From: a candidate division WWE3 bacterium RIFOXYC1_FULL_40_10
GTDB lineage: Bacteria > Patescibacteriota > WWE3 > UBA101185 > UBA10185
DNA length: 64,000 nucleotides
NCBI GenBank assembly: GCA_001773215.1
Contig: MEWB01000001.1
Location: 322,473 to 386,472, forward strand
Reading direction: 5' to 3'
Shown: positions 9,047-17,645 of the stretch, in pieces
How positions within the stretch are numbered: the stretch's first letter is position 1
How the letters are laid out: each line of letters begins with the position of its first letter
The notes under the pieces: model-generated
What the model saw: the letters and a program-made list of their open reading frames with translations, nothing else
Databases searched by the model: none
Told to the model about the DNA's origin: nothing
Program-made: the position numbers and the translations under genes

Positions 9047-10861
9047 ATGAAAATAAGGAATATCGCGATAATTGCACACGTAGACCATGGAAAGACCACA
9101 ATAGTTGATGGGATGTTGAAGCAGTCAAAAACTTTTAGAGAAAACGAAGTTATGATGCAACAGGATCTGATAATGGATTCAAATGATCAAGAAAGGGAAC
9201 GGGGAATCACAATCCTGGCTAAGAATACCGCAGTTATTTACAAAGATACAAAAATTAATATTATCGATACCCCCGGACATGCTGATTTTGGCGGTGAAGT
9301 GGAAAGAACCTTGAATATGGCAGACGGAGCCTTGTTGGTGGTTGATGCGCAAGAAGGGCCCATGCCCCAAACGAAATTCGTTTTAAGAAAGGCGTTGGAT
9401 CTAGGATTAAAAATTATAGTGGTAGTAAACAAGATTGATAAGCCGAACTCACGCGTGTCGTGGACAATTTCTAAAATTAATGACTTATTTCTTGAACTTG
9501 CAACTCATGAAAGCCAGTTAGATTTTCCAATTGTTTTTGCCTCGGGAAAGTCAGGAAAATCATGGGAAAAAATGCCCCTAAATTTTGAAGAACCGGCAAC
9601 CTTAACTCCGGTATTTGATGCAATTTTAGAATATGTTCCAGCACCCAGCTGTGAGCCGGATAAGCCGTTTCAAATGCTTGTTTCTTCGCTTGATTGGGAA
9701 AGTTATATAGGTAAATACGTGATTGGAAAAATTCGAAGGGGAAAATTACTAACCGGCGAGAAAATTTCGATTCTAAAATCGGACGGTACTAGTGTGAGTG
9801 CACTTGCTGAAAAAATATTTACTTATCAGGGATTAAAACGAATCGAAACAGCCGAGGGTATTTCTGGAGATATTGTGGCTATCACCGGAATAAAGGAAGT
9901 TGAAATAGGAGATACACTTGTTGATCCTAAATTTCCTGATGCATTGCCTGCTATTAAGCTCGAGGAACCTACACTAAGAATTACGATAGGGCCAAATACT
10001 TCGCCATTAATGGGTAAAGAAGGGAAGTTTGTTACAAGTCGCCAACTATTGGAAAGAATAGAAAGAGAGCTCCACACAAATATTGCCATGAAATTTAGAA
10101 TTTCTGAAGAGGGTAAGTACGTTCTCTCGGGTCGTGGTGAACTCCACCTATCGGTATTTTTGGAAACACTTCGAAGAGAAGGTTATGAGATGGAGGTAAG
10201 TATGCCAAATGTTATAACCAAAGTCATTGATGGCATAGAGGTAGAGCCGATTGAAGAGCTAACCATTGATGTTGATAACCTATACGTTGGGGCTATAAAA
10301 AGCGAGGTAGGAAGGCGAAGGGGAATGCTAATCAATCAGGAGGATATTTCTACTGAGTCAACCAGGCTTGTATTTGAGATAACTACTCGCGGGATTTTGG
10401 GTCTTAGGGGAGCGTTGCTTACGTTAAGCAAGGGAACTTCGGTGATTAGTTCGGTGTTTTTGAGAAATGGCCCCATGGGTGCAGTTTTGGCAAAAACCCG
10501 AAAGGGAGTATTAATAGCCTCCCATTCAGGAAAAGCCGCCGCCTATGGATTGGTTTCTGCGCACGACAAAGGTCCGGTTTTTATTCCGCCTCAAACTATG
10601 GTTTATGCGGGAATGATTGTGGGCATAAACGGCCGGGACGAGGATTTGGAAATAAATGTATGTAAAGAAAAACAATTAACAAATAACCGGTCAGTAGGCG
10701 AGGAAGGTATAATTTTGCCTCCACCGCTCGTGTTAAGCCTTGAGCAATATATTGGTTTTTTGGAGGATGATGAATTACTGGAGATTACTCCAAATAGTCT
10801 TAGATTGAGAAAAAAGATTCTCGACTTTACAAAAAGAAAAAGAGCTTCTAAAGCTCAGTGA
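9047..10861 (+). CDS. typA: translational GTPase BipA/TypA
   Basis: NIAIIAHVDHGKTT (G1), DTPGHADFGGEVER (G2/G3), NKIDK (G4); ~600 aa. I chose the ATG at 9047 because MKIRNIAII matches the canonical BipA N-terminus; the track start at 9023 is a TTG. Confidence 0.9.
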   Translation: MKIRNIAIIAHVDHGKTTIVDGMLKQSKTFRENEVMMQQDLIMDSNDQERERGITILAKNTAVIYKDTKINIIDTPGHADFGGEVERTLNMADGALLVVDAQEGPMPQTKFVLRKALDLGLKIIVVVNKIDKPNSRVSWTISKINDLFLELATHESQLDFPIVFASGKSGKSWEKMPLNFEEPATLTPVFDAILEYVPAPSCEPDKPFQMLVSSLDWESYIGKYVIGKIRRGKLLTGEKISILKSDGTSVSALAEKIFTYQGLKRIETAEGISGDIVAITGIKEVEIGDTLVDPKFPDALPAIKLEEPTLRITIGPNTSPLMGKEGKFVTSRQLLERIERELHTNIAMKFRISEEGKYVLSGRGELHLSVFLETLRREGYEMEVSMPNVITKVIDGIEVEPIEELTIDVDNLYVGAIKSEVGRRRGMLINQEDISTESTRLVFEITTRGILGLRGALLTLSKGTSVISSVFLRNGPMGAVLAKTRKGVLIASHSGKAAAYGLVSAHDKGPVFIPPQTMVYAGMIVGINGRDEDLEINVCKEKQLTNNRSVGEEGIILPPPLVLSLEQYIGFLEDDELLEITPNSLRLRKKILDFTKRKRASKAQ

Positions 10862-11252
10862 TGGCTATAGACTCGATGGTTGTAGATTCTGCATAACCCC
10901 ATCCAAAATTGCCGGATACTTGTACGTGTTTACCAATAAAGTCTTCCAAGTTAAAAAAACCATCTGTAGGTTCGGCTATTTGTAGGCTGTTAACATAAAT
11001 AGGTCTGCCGACCGAACTTTCTTCTAACAAATAAGGCTCATCAAAGTAGAAGTTATACCAATAGTCCCCTAATTCCAATTCCGGGGGAATTAGATCCTTT
11101 TTAATAGTCCCTTTAAATGTGTGATACCTGAGGGCGGTATCAACTAATGGTTTCATGCATGTGAGGGATTTATAGTAGGCTCCTGCGGTAAAAGAAATGA
11201 CAGGAATGAAAACAGCGGCTAAGACTAAGATACCCTTACATTTGGAGCACAT
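10848..11252 (-). CDS. hypothetical protein with N-terminal TM/signal anchor
   Basis: ORF track only. Confidence 0.4.
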   Translation of the reverse strand: MCSKCKGILVLAAVFIPVISFTAGAYYKSLTCMKPLVDTALRYHTFKGTIKKDLIPPELELGDYWYNFYFDEPYLLEESSVGRPIYVNSLQIAEPTDGFFNLEDFIGKHVQVSGNFGWGYAESTTIESIAITEL

Positions 11253-11344
11253 GTATATATATTACTACTTTTCCGATGACTCGGGTATTAAGTTTGCGCT
11301 GAAGGTGTTGTCGAAAAGCCGAAAATGACCTAAAATATACTATT

Positions 11345-12412
11345 ATGCCCATTAAAACTTCCGTTTTTATACCTGTAGCTGCTGTATTACTTATTCCACT
11401 CAGTTTCCTGGTTCTATCTAAAAGCAGGCCAGATAAAAGTTCTACTGAATCAGAAAAAGCAATCACTTTGGAAGTGAATAATCAGTATGTGTCACCAATA
11501 AGTATTGATTATCTGAGATCACTCGATATTCAAGCTGATTCAGTGAAGATTGAAGATGAATTGACGGCGGGAACTAATTACAGAAAATACCTAGCAAGTT
11601 ACTATAGTGAAGGAAATAAGGTGTACGGCCTGTTAACAGTACCCACGGTGGCTACCCCCGAGGGTGGTTTTCCGGCCATAGTTTTTAACCATGGGTACAT
11701 TCCACCGGCACAATATAAAACAACTGAAGGCTATGTAGCTTATGTAGATAACCTTGCGAGGAACGGCTTTGTGGTTTTTAAAATCGATTATCGCGGAAAC
11801 GGGGAATCCGAAGGCGATCCATCAGGTTCCTACTTTTCTTCAGCCTATACAATAGATACAATCTCTGCGCTAAAGAGCTTACAAAAGTTTGAGACTGTTA
11901 ATCCTAATCGAATCGGAATGTGGGGACACAGTATGGCGGGCAATTTAGTGTTAAGAGCTATGTTGGTATCAAGTGAGATAAAAGCGGGGGTTATTTGGGC
12001 GGGTGCTGTGTATAGTTATCGGGATTTTGTTGCCTATAGGATTAATGATACAAGTTATGCGCACCGGCCATTTGAGACAAAAGAAGGAGAAGAGCAAAGA
12101 AACAGGGAAACCTCTCCTAATATTCAGAAAATTAGAGAGGACCCGGATTCCGTAGATTTTGCTGATCCCTTTTGGACCTCTATATCGCTAACCGCAAACC
12201 TTAAATACTTGGAAAATCCTATACAGATTCACCATGCACTAGATGACGCTGTAGTGGATGTTGGCTATTCAAGAGACCTGGTAGAGGTTCTTAAAACCGC
12301 TAACAAACTCTATGAGTTTTACGAATACGACGGAGGAGGCCATAATATAACATCTCCCTATTTCGAAACTGCAATGGAAAGAACAGTAGAGTTTTTTAGA
12401 AAAACGCTCTAG
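11345..12412 (+). CDS. secreted alpha/beta hydrolase, prolyl oligopeptidase (S9) / dienelactone hydrolase-like
   Basis: Nucleophile elbow GMWGHSMAG (GxSxG); N-terminal signal anchor; C-terminal His region. Confidence 0.7.
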   Translation: MPIKTSVFIPVAAVLLIPLSFLVLSKSRPDKSSTESEKAITLEVNNQYVSPISIDYLRSLDIQADSVKIEDELTAGTNYRKYLASYYSEGNKVYGLLTVPTVATPEGGFPAIVFNHGYIPPAQYKTTEGYVAYVDNLARNGFVVFKIDYRGNGESEGDPSGSYFSSAYTIDTISALKSLQKFETVNPNRIGMWGHSMAGNLVLRAMLVSSEIKAGVIWAGAVYSYRDFVAYRINDTSYAHRPFETKEGEEQRNRETSPNIQKIREDPDSVDFADPFWTSISLTANLKYLENPIQIHHALDDAVVDVGYSRDLVEVLKTANKLYEFYEYDGGGHNITSPYFETAMERTVEFFRKTL

Positions 12413-12604
12413 CCTATTCTTTTGGTAGGTGGATATTTGGCGCAATATTTATCAAATTGTTATTAGGCACAGGTTGCTTTATGACCAAAAATAAGGCGAT
12501 TAGAACAACCGACACTATAACAAGTAGTAGAAAGAGCCTCATATACCAATTGTGACATTAATTAGCAAGTAGTTCAAACAGCAGACACTTGATAGAATAA
12601 TTAT

Positions 12605-14122
12605 ATGAAACTTAGGCTGTTGATTTCGGCGTTACTATTTGGTGTTTGTTTTCCTTTAGTAAGTTCCGTCGACTTTAAGCAAAACGACGATTGGATATAT
12701 TACAGAAATGCTGTGTCGTTTCTGTCGGGGGATTTCACTTTAGATCCCTACATGGGGCCAACATTTTATACCCAAGGAATTTTAGGGGCAGGTTATATAT
12801 ATTTCTTTGGAGGAGATACCCTCCCTGTACTATCCCTTCTATTTTCCGTAGGTAGTTTTTATTTGTTTACAACTATTTTGAGCAGATTTTTAAAGCTTAC
12901 CTCGATAGATTCCGTAATGCTGGGTATGCTTCTATTTGTTAACCCACTAAACGTTCATTCCTTTTTGGGATTTATGACAGAGGCGTATTTTCTATTTTTG
13001 ATGCTTTTGTGTCTTTACCTGTTCTTATTCTACTTGGATAATCCGGATTTACGACAATACGTGCTCCTTGTATGTGCTATAGTGATCGCGTTTTTTTCGA
13101 GGCAGGTGGTTTTGTTTATGCCGCTGGGATTTGCAGTCTTTGGTGTACTCACTAAAAAACCCAAAACTGCATTACTTAGTTTTGCAACTTTCCTGGGACT
13201 TGCAGTTTATTATAAGTTTCTGTTTCCGGCTAGTCCTGCAATGCAAACTAAGGCTTTTTCACCTCACCACTTGCTTGAGTTCGACTACTCGTTTGCAATA
13301 TTTTACGGCATACTAATATTGTTGACGGCATTTGTTACGCCTTTGGTTGTAAACGCTATCATTCCCGATAACCGGCCTAATATAGCTAAAGCTCTCGTAC
13401 TGCTAATTTTCGCTGTCTTATTATATTTTGGTTCAGCCAAATTATTCAAACCTGACACTGTATCCTGGGGTGAATTTCCATATTTTGAGAATACTCTAGA
13501 AAGATCAGGTTTTTATCCCCGTGGTGTGTTTGGTACTAAATATCTATTTAAATGGAATTATGACCTGTACAGGTATTGGGATTTGGGTTCAAAACTGCTT
13601 GTCGGGTTGCTAGTGTCAAGCCTATTCGTTTTTAGAAGAAAAATCTTAAATTTATATTCGGTTTTAATAGTTACGTACATGTTAGTTATGATTGTTACCC
13701 AGCGTTTTTTTGATCGCTATCTGTTGGAGCTCATTCCCCTGTTTATCATGTTCTTATTAAAAATTAAAGAGCGCTTAAGATTTAGTTATCCTTATAGAAG
13801 TGTGATAGCGGGCTTCACACTGTTTTTAGCGTTTTACTCATACCAGTTTGGGATGGATTTTGTAGGTGTGAATAAATACATCTGGAATAAATCTGAAGAA
13901 ATTGTTGAACGCGAAAAGATAGAGCCCTCTAAAATTCAAGGTACTAACGCGTGGAAGTTAAGCTATCGCAATTATGTGGGAGATTACAAATACACCTTTT
14001 CGTACGATTCTCCGGATGTAAACCAAGGATTCAAAGATAACTGGACTCTTGTAGAAGAGCACCAAATTAACTACCCCCTTAATATTTTTATTGAACCAAA
14101 AATCTATCTCTATCGAAGGTAA
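12605..14122 (+). CDS. polytopic membrane protein, GT-C-like glycosyltransferase candidate
   Basis: ~12 TM helices; NDDW acidic motif in the first loop; resembles the architecture of 6349..7818. Confidence 0.4.
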   Translation: MKLRLLISALLFGVCFPLVSSVDFKQNDDWIYYRNAVSFLSGDFTLDPYMGPTFYTQGILGAGYIYFFGGDTLPVLSLLFSVGSFYLFTTILSRFLKLTSIDSVMLGMLLFVNPLNVHSFLGFMTEAYFLFLMLLCLYLFLFYLDNPDLRQYVLLVCAIVIAFFSRQVVLFMPLGFAVFGVLTKKPKTALLSFATFLGLAVYYKFLFPASPAMQTKAFSPHHLLEFDYSFAIFYGILILLTAFVTPLVVNAIIPDNRPNIAKALVLLIFAVLLYFGSAKLFKPDTVSWGEFPYFENTLERSGFYPRGVFGTKYLFKWNYDLYRYWDLGSKLLVGLLVSSLFVFRRKILNLYSVLIVTYMLVMIVTQRFFDRYLLELIPLFIMFLLKIKERLRFSYPYRSVIAGFTLFLAFYSYQFGMDFVGVNKYIWNKSEEIVEREKIEPSKIQGTNAWKLSYRNYVGDYKYTFSYDSPDVNQGFKDNWTLVEEHQINYPLNIFIEPKIYLYRR

Positions 14123-14155
14123 CAGGTAAACCGAGTTTGCGATATAATATCAAGA

Positions 14156-14884
14156 ATGAGAGCCGTTAAAATTATTACTGTATTTACGCTTGTGTTATGT
14201 TATTTGTATTTTTCTTACGCCAGATTTTATAACTATATTGGAGAGCTTGATCTTAGGAGCCCTTACACCACAAAGGCGTTTGATATTGATAACCCTTTGG
14301 GTAACGGCTTTGCTAAGTATGTAGCCCTCGGTGATAGCCTTAGTGCGGGCGTAGGAAGCTTGGATACTAAGAATACTTTTGTGTATGATTATGCTCTTAA
14401 ACTATCTTCGACTTATCAAAAGGTAAGTGTAGTAAACCTTGGGGAGCCAGGAGCGACTACTTACGACTTGATTAACAGACAGCTCCCTGAGGCAATTTTG
14501 GCACAGCCTGACTATATTACACTTCTTATTGGAACAAATGATATACATTGTAGAAGTAGTGCCGTCAATTTTGAGCGAAATTACAGCCAAATTTTACAAG
14601 AACTGCTAAGTAAAACTAACGCCCAAATTATTGTAATTAACCTACCCTACCTTGGCTCCGAAAAAATTGCGTATCCGCCTTATAATTTGGTTTTGGATTT
14701 TCGCACGAAACAATTTAATAGAATTATTAGTAGCTTAGTAGATTCAGACCGATTGAAACTGGTCGATTTGTATGAGGCCTCCTATGATTTTGCTAAAAAC
14801 TCACCCGACTTTTATTCAACAGACTTATTTCATCCGTCTGATACCGGTTATGCCCTTTGGGGGAAGTTAATTAATGCATATTAG
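14156..14884 (+). CDS. SGNH/GDSL hydrolase (esterase/acetylesterase)
   Basis: Block I VALGDSLSAGVG, block III GTNDI, block V DLFHPSDTGY (DxxH). Confidence 0.75.
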   Translation: MRAVKIITVFTLVLCYLYFSYARFYNYIGELDLRSPYTTKAFDIDNPLGNGFAKYVALGDSLSAGVGSLDTKNTFVYDYALKLSSTYQKVSVVNLGEPGATTYDLINRQLPEAILAQPDYITLLIGTNDIHCRSSAVNFERNYSQILQELLSKTNAQIIVINLPYLGSEKIAYPPYNLVLDFRTKQFNRIISSLVDSDRLKLVDLYEASYDFAKNSPDFYSTDLFHPSDTGYALWGKLINAY

Positions 14885-15920
14885 TTACTACCAAACTGTC
14901 TTAGTTATAGCCTTTTTAGTGGTGGCAATCATTTTAACGGCAAAAAGTGATTATAACTCCCACGGTTTGAGCCCTGCCCACACAAATGAGCTTAAGGGTG
15001 TAGCAATTTTGATGGTTCTGTTTTCGCATATAGGCTATTTTCTGTTTTCCGATCATACTTTTTTGTATCCTTTATCAGTGGCAGGTGGTGTGGGAGTTAA
15101 CATCTTCCTATTTTTGTCGGGATATGGACTAACCAGATCTGAGGCTAAGGTTCATCTTGGAATTATGCCCTTTTATGCCAAGAGGCTCGGTAAAATCTTC
15201 CTCCCGATGTGGTTTGTGCTAGTAGCAACCTTACTTTTGGACAAGTATTTAATTGGACTAACCTATCCTTCAAGTACAATCATTCCCAACCTATTGGGCT
15301 TTTTTCCTAACTCGGATTTGTATACTGCAGTCAATTCACCTCTATGGTATTTTTCTCTGATCCTTTTTTATTACTTACTATTTCCCGTGATATATAAAAA
15401 AAGATATGCCGGATTATCAGTGGTATTGGTTGCAGTTTTGGGGTATCTGGCTACCAGGTTACCGCTACCTGTAACTAAAGATGTGCTAAAGCTTTATCAG
15501 TTGCATTATTTGGCATTTCCTTTGGGGATGTTGTTTGCACATGTTCGAGTGTGTAGGGAGGGCGGATGTCATATTCCTGCGCTAGTGTCGTACCCGCTTG
15601 TTGTTTTACTTTGCGCGGGTTTCGCCTATACAGCTATAAACTCGGGAATCGGGGAAGAAGTTTGGCTTGAGCAGCTAATTAGCTTGGTATCCACTTGTCT
15701 GGTGGTACTTATTTTCATAGTTAAATCCTTCCGCATAGGTTTTCTTTCATTTTTAGGAAGATATTCTTATGAAATTTACCTAATTCAGTGGCCGCTTATG
15801 TATCGGCATGACTTTATATACAAGTACACGCCACCGTTTTTGGGCACCTTAATATATTTAGGTGTGCTAGTTTTGATAGGTTTTTCGATTAATAAAATAA
15901 TGAAACTGGCTAAAGTATAG
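14874..15920 (+). CDS. acyltransferase family 3 (AT3) membrane protein
   Basis: Polytopic; AT3-like N-terminus; overlaps the SGNH gene by 11 nt, forming a split OatA-like module. Confidence 0.7.
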   Translation: MHISYYQTVLVIAFLVVAIILTAKSDYNSHGLSPAHTNELKGVAILMVLFSHIGYFLFSDHTFLYPLSVAGGVGVNIFLFLSGYGLTRSEAKVHLGIMPFYAKRLGKIFLPMWFVLVATLLLDKYLIGLTYPSSTIIPNLLGFFPNSDLYTAVNSPLWYFSLILFYYLLFPVIYKKRYAGLSVVLVAVLGYLATRLPLPVTKDVLKLYQLHYLAFPLGMLFAHVRVCREGGCHIPALVSYPLVVLLCAGFAYTAINSGIGEEVWLEQLISLVSTCLVVLIFIVKSFRIGFLSFLGRYSYEIYLIQWPLMYRHDFIYKYTPPFLGTLIYLGVLVLIGFSINKIMKLAKV

Positions 15921-17589
15921 TGCTTATAGAACTATTGTTGAGATTTATGCCATCCTTGAAATGCACATTTGGCCAGTAGTGCTTGATTTGCTGTACTATA
16001 TAATCACCTGAAACTTTCTCGGGTAGAAGCACGTAATCCGCGCCCAATGTTTTAAAAACCCGAGCAGTTTCTGCATCGGTGGCTCTTAGAACGACCACAA
16101 TCTCCCTGTTTACCCGTTTTGCAGTACTTAATAATAGTTCGTTGTCGGAAACATCGGAAGCCGTGCAAATAACAAGTTTGGCTGACTCTATCTGCAAGGA
16201 TTCAAATATCTCAGGGTTGCCTATATCACCGTATATCGCATTGATACCTTGGTTCACTAGTTCTTGCACTAGTGTGGGATTGAAATCCATTGCAATAAAT
16301 GGAATTTGATTTTCCTGCAGGTAGTTAATAATGGGACCACCCACACGATGTGCGCCGATGATAACAATATGCTCAAACAGCTTGTCTTTATTCTTTCTTT
16401 CTAAATAATGGGACTTATCCGGCTTTTCTAACAAACTAATTAAGGGTAAGAGTGGTTTATATAATTTCTTTGATAAAGAGATACTGATTGACGAAAGCGT
16501 GATTGATAATACGGCAACAGCAGCCATAATCGAAAGTGTAATAGGATCGATTAAGTCTGCATTTACACCAACCATAAGGACTATTAGCGAAAACTCAGAT
16601 ACCTGTGATAAGTTTAATGCTGTTTGAAAAAGCGTGTGTTTCCTAAAACCAAATCTCCCAAGTAAAAACATATATATAATAGGTTTAAATATAAGTGCAT
16701 ATAACGTGAAAATAGCTATGATAGGAAGGGAGGAGACAAAATCTTTAAAATCAGCTGTGGACCCTAAATATATAAAGAATAAAGCCAGGAAAAAGTCCCT
16801 TGTCGGTTTTATTTTCGCCTGAATTTGTAGATGATAAGGGGAAGACGCAAGAGCTATCCCTGCAAGAAACGCGCCAATTTCTATGGAAAAACCTGCAAAA
16901 ATGGCTAGTGCTGTGAAAGAAAAACACCAAGCTATTGAAGTGATATAAAGTAGCTCGGCAGAGTGTGCCGTATATTCGAATAGCTTATTTAATAGGTGCT
17001 TTGATAGGAAAAAGGTTAAGATCAATAACCCAACAATTTTGAGTAGTGGAAGGCCGTTTTGTAAACTCAAGTCAAAGTTAGAGTTAATGACCGAAATAAA
17101 CATTAGCACGAAAATTGCTACTAAATCCTCTACTAGAAGTATTCCAATGGATAACTTTCCAAATAAGGATGATAAATCTCGGCTTTCCAAAAGCATTTTT
17201 ACAACCACAACTGTTGAGGAAAAAGATAGGCCAAGTCCTAAGTAAATTCCCTCAGCACTGCCAAAGCCCAATAATTTTGCTATTCCGAAACCGAGTAGTG
17301 TGGAAATTATTATCTGCCCCACTGCTGCAATAAAAATAGGCCTACCAAGTGATTTAAGTTCACTGAGCTTTAGTTCCATTCCAATTAAAAATAATACAAA
17401 AGCGATGCCGATTTTCGGCAGAACTTCGAAAACAGGCGAATTGCCTAGATCAAACAACCTTAGTACTGCTAGGATTAATCCCGAAAGCAGATAAGCTACT
17501 ACCAATGGAAGTTTAATCTTAAAAACAATAAGCCCAATGAAGGAAGAGAGAGCTAGGACAAGGGCAAGCTGATAAAAAATATTATCCAT
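15910..17589 (-). CDS. monovalent cation:proton antiporter-2 (CPA2/Kef-type) with C-terminal RCK/TrkA-N domain
   Basis: ~12 TM Na+/H+ exchanger domain followed by a Rossmann GxGxxG (VIIGAHRVGGPI). Confidence 0.8.
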   Translation of the reverse strand: MDNIFYQLALVLALSSFIGLIVFKIKLPLVVAYLLSGLILAVLRLFDLGNSPVFEVLPKIGIAFVLFLIGMELKLSELKSLGRPIFIAAVGQIIISTLLGFGIAKLLGFGSAEGIYLGLGLSFSSTVVVVKMLLESRDLSSLFGKLSIGILLVEDLVAIFVLMFISVINSNFDLSLQNGLPLLKIVGLLILTFFLSKHLLNKLFEYTAHSAELLYITSIAWCFSFTALAIFAGFSIEIGAFLAGIALASSPYHLQIQAKIKPTRDFFLALFFIYLGSTADFKDFVSSLPIIAIFTLYALIFKPIIYMFLLGRFGFRKHTLFQTALNLSQVSEFSLIVLMVGVNADLIDPITLSIMAAVAVLSITLSSISISLSKKLYKPLLPLISLLEKPDKSHYLERKNKDKLFEHIVIIGAHRVGGPIINYLQENQIPFIAMDFNPTLVQELVNQGINAIYGDIGNPEIFESLQIESAKLVICTASDVSDNELLLSTAKRVNREIVVVLRATDAETARVFKTLGADYVLLPEKVSGDYIVQQIKHYWPNVHFKDGINLNNSSISTIL

Positions 17590-17645
17590 GTGTTTTATTA
17601 TATGGCCTTAGATTGTTTACTACAATGTGAAGTCTACTGCTGGAT

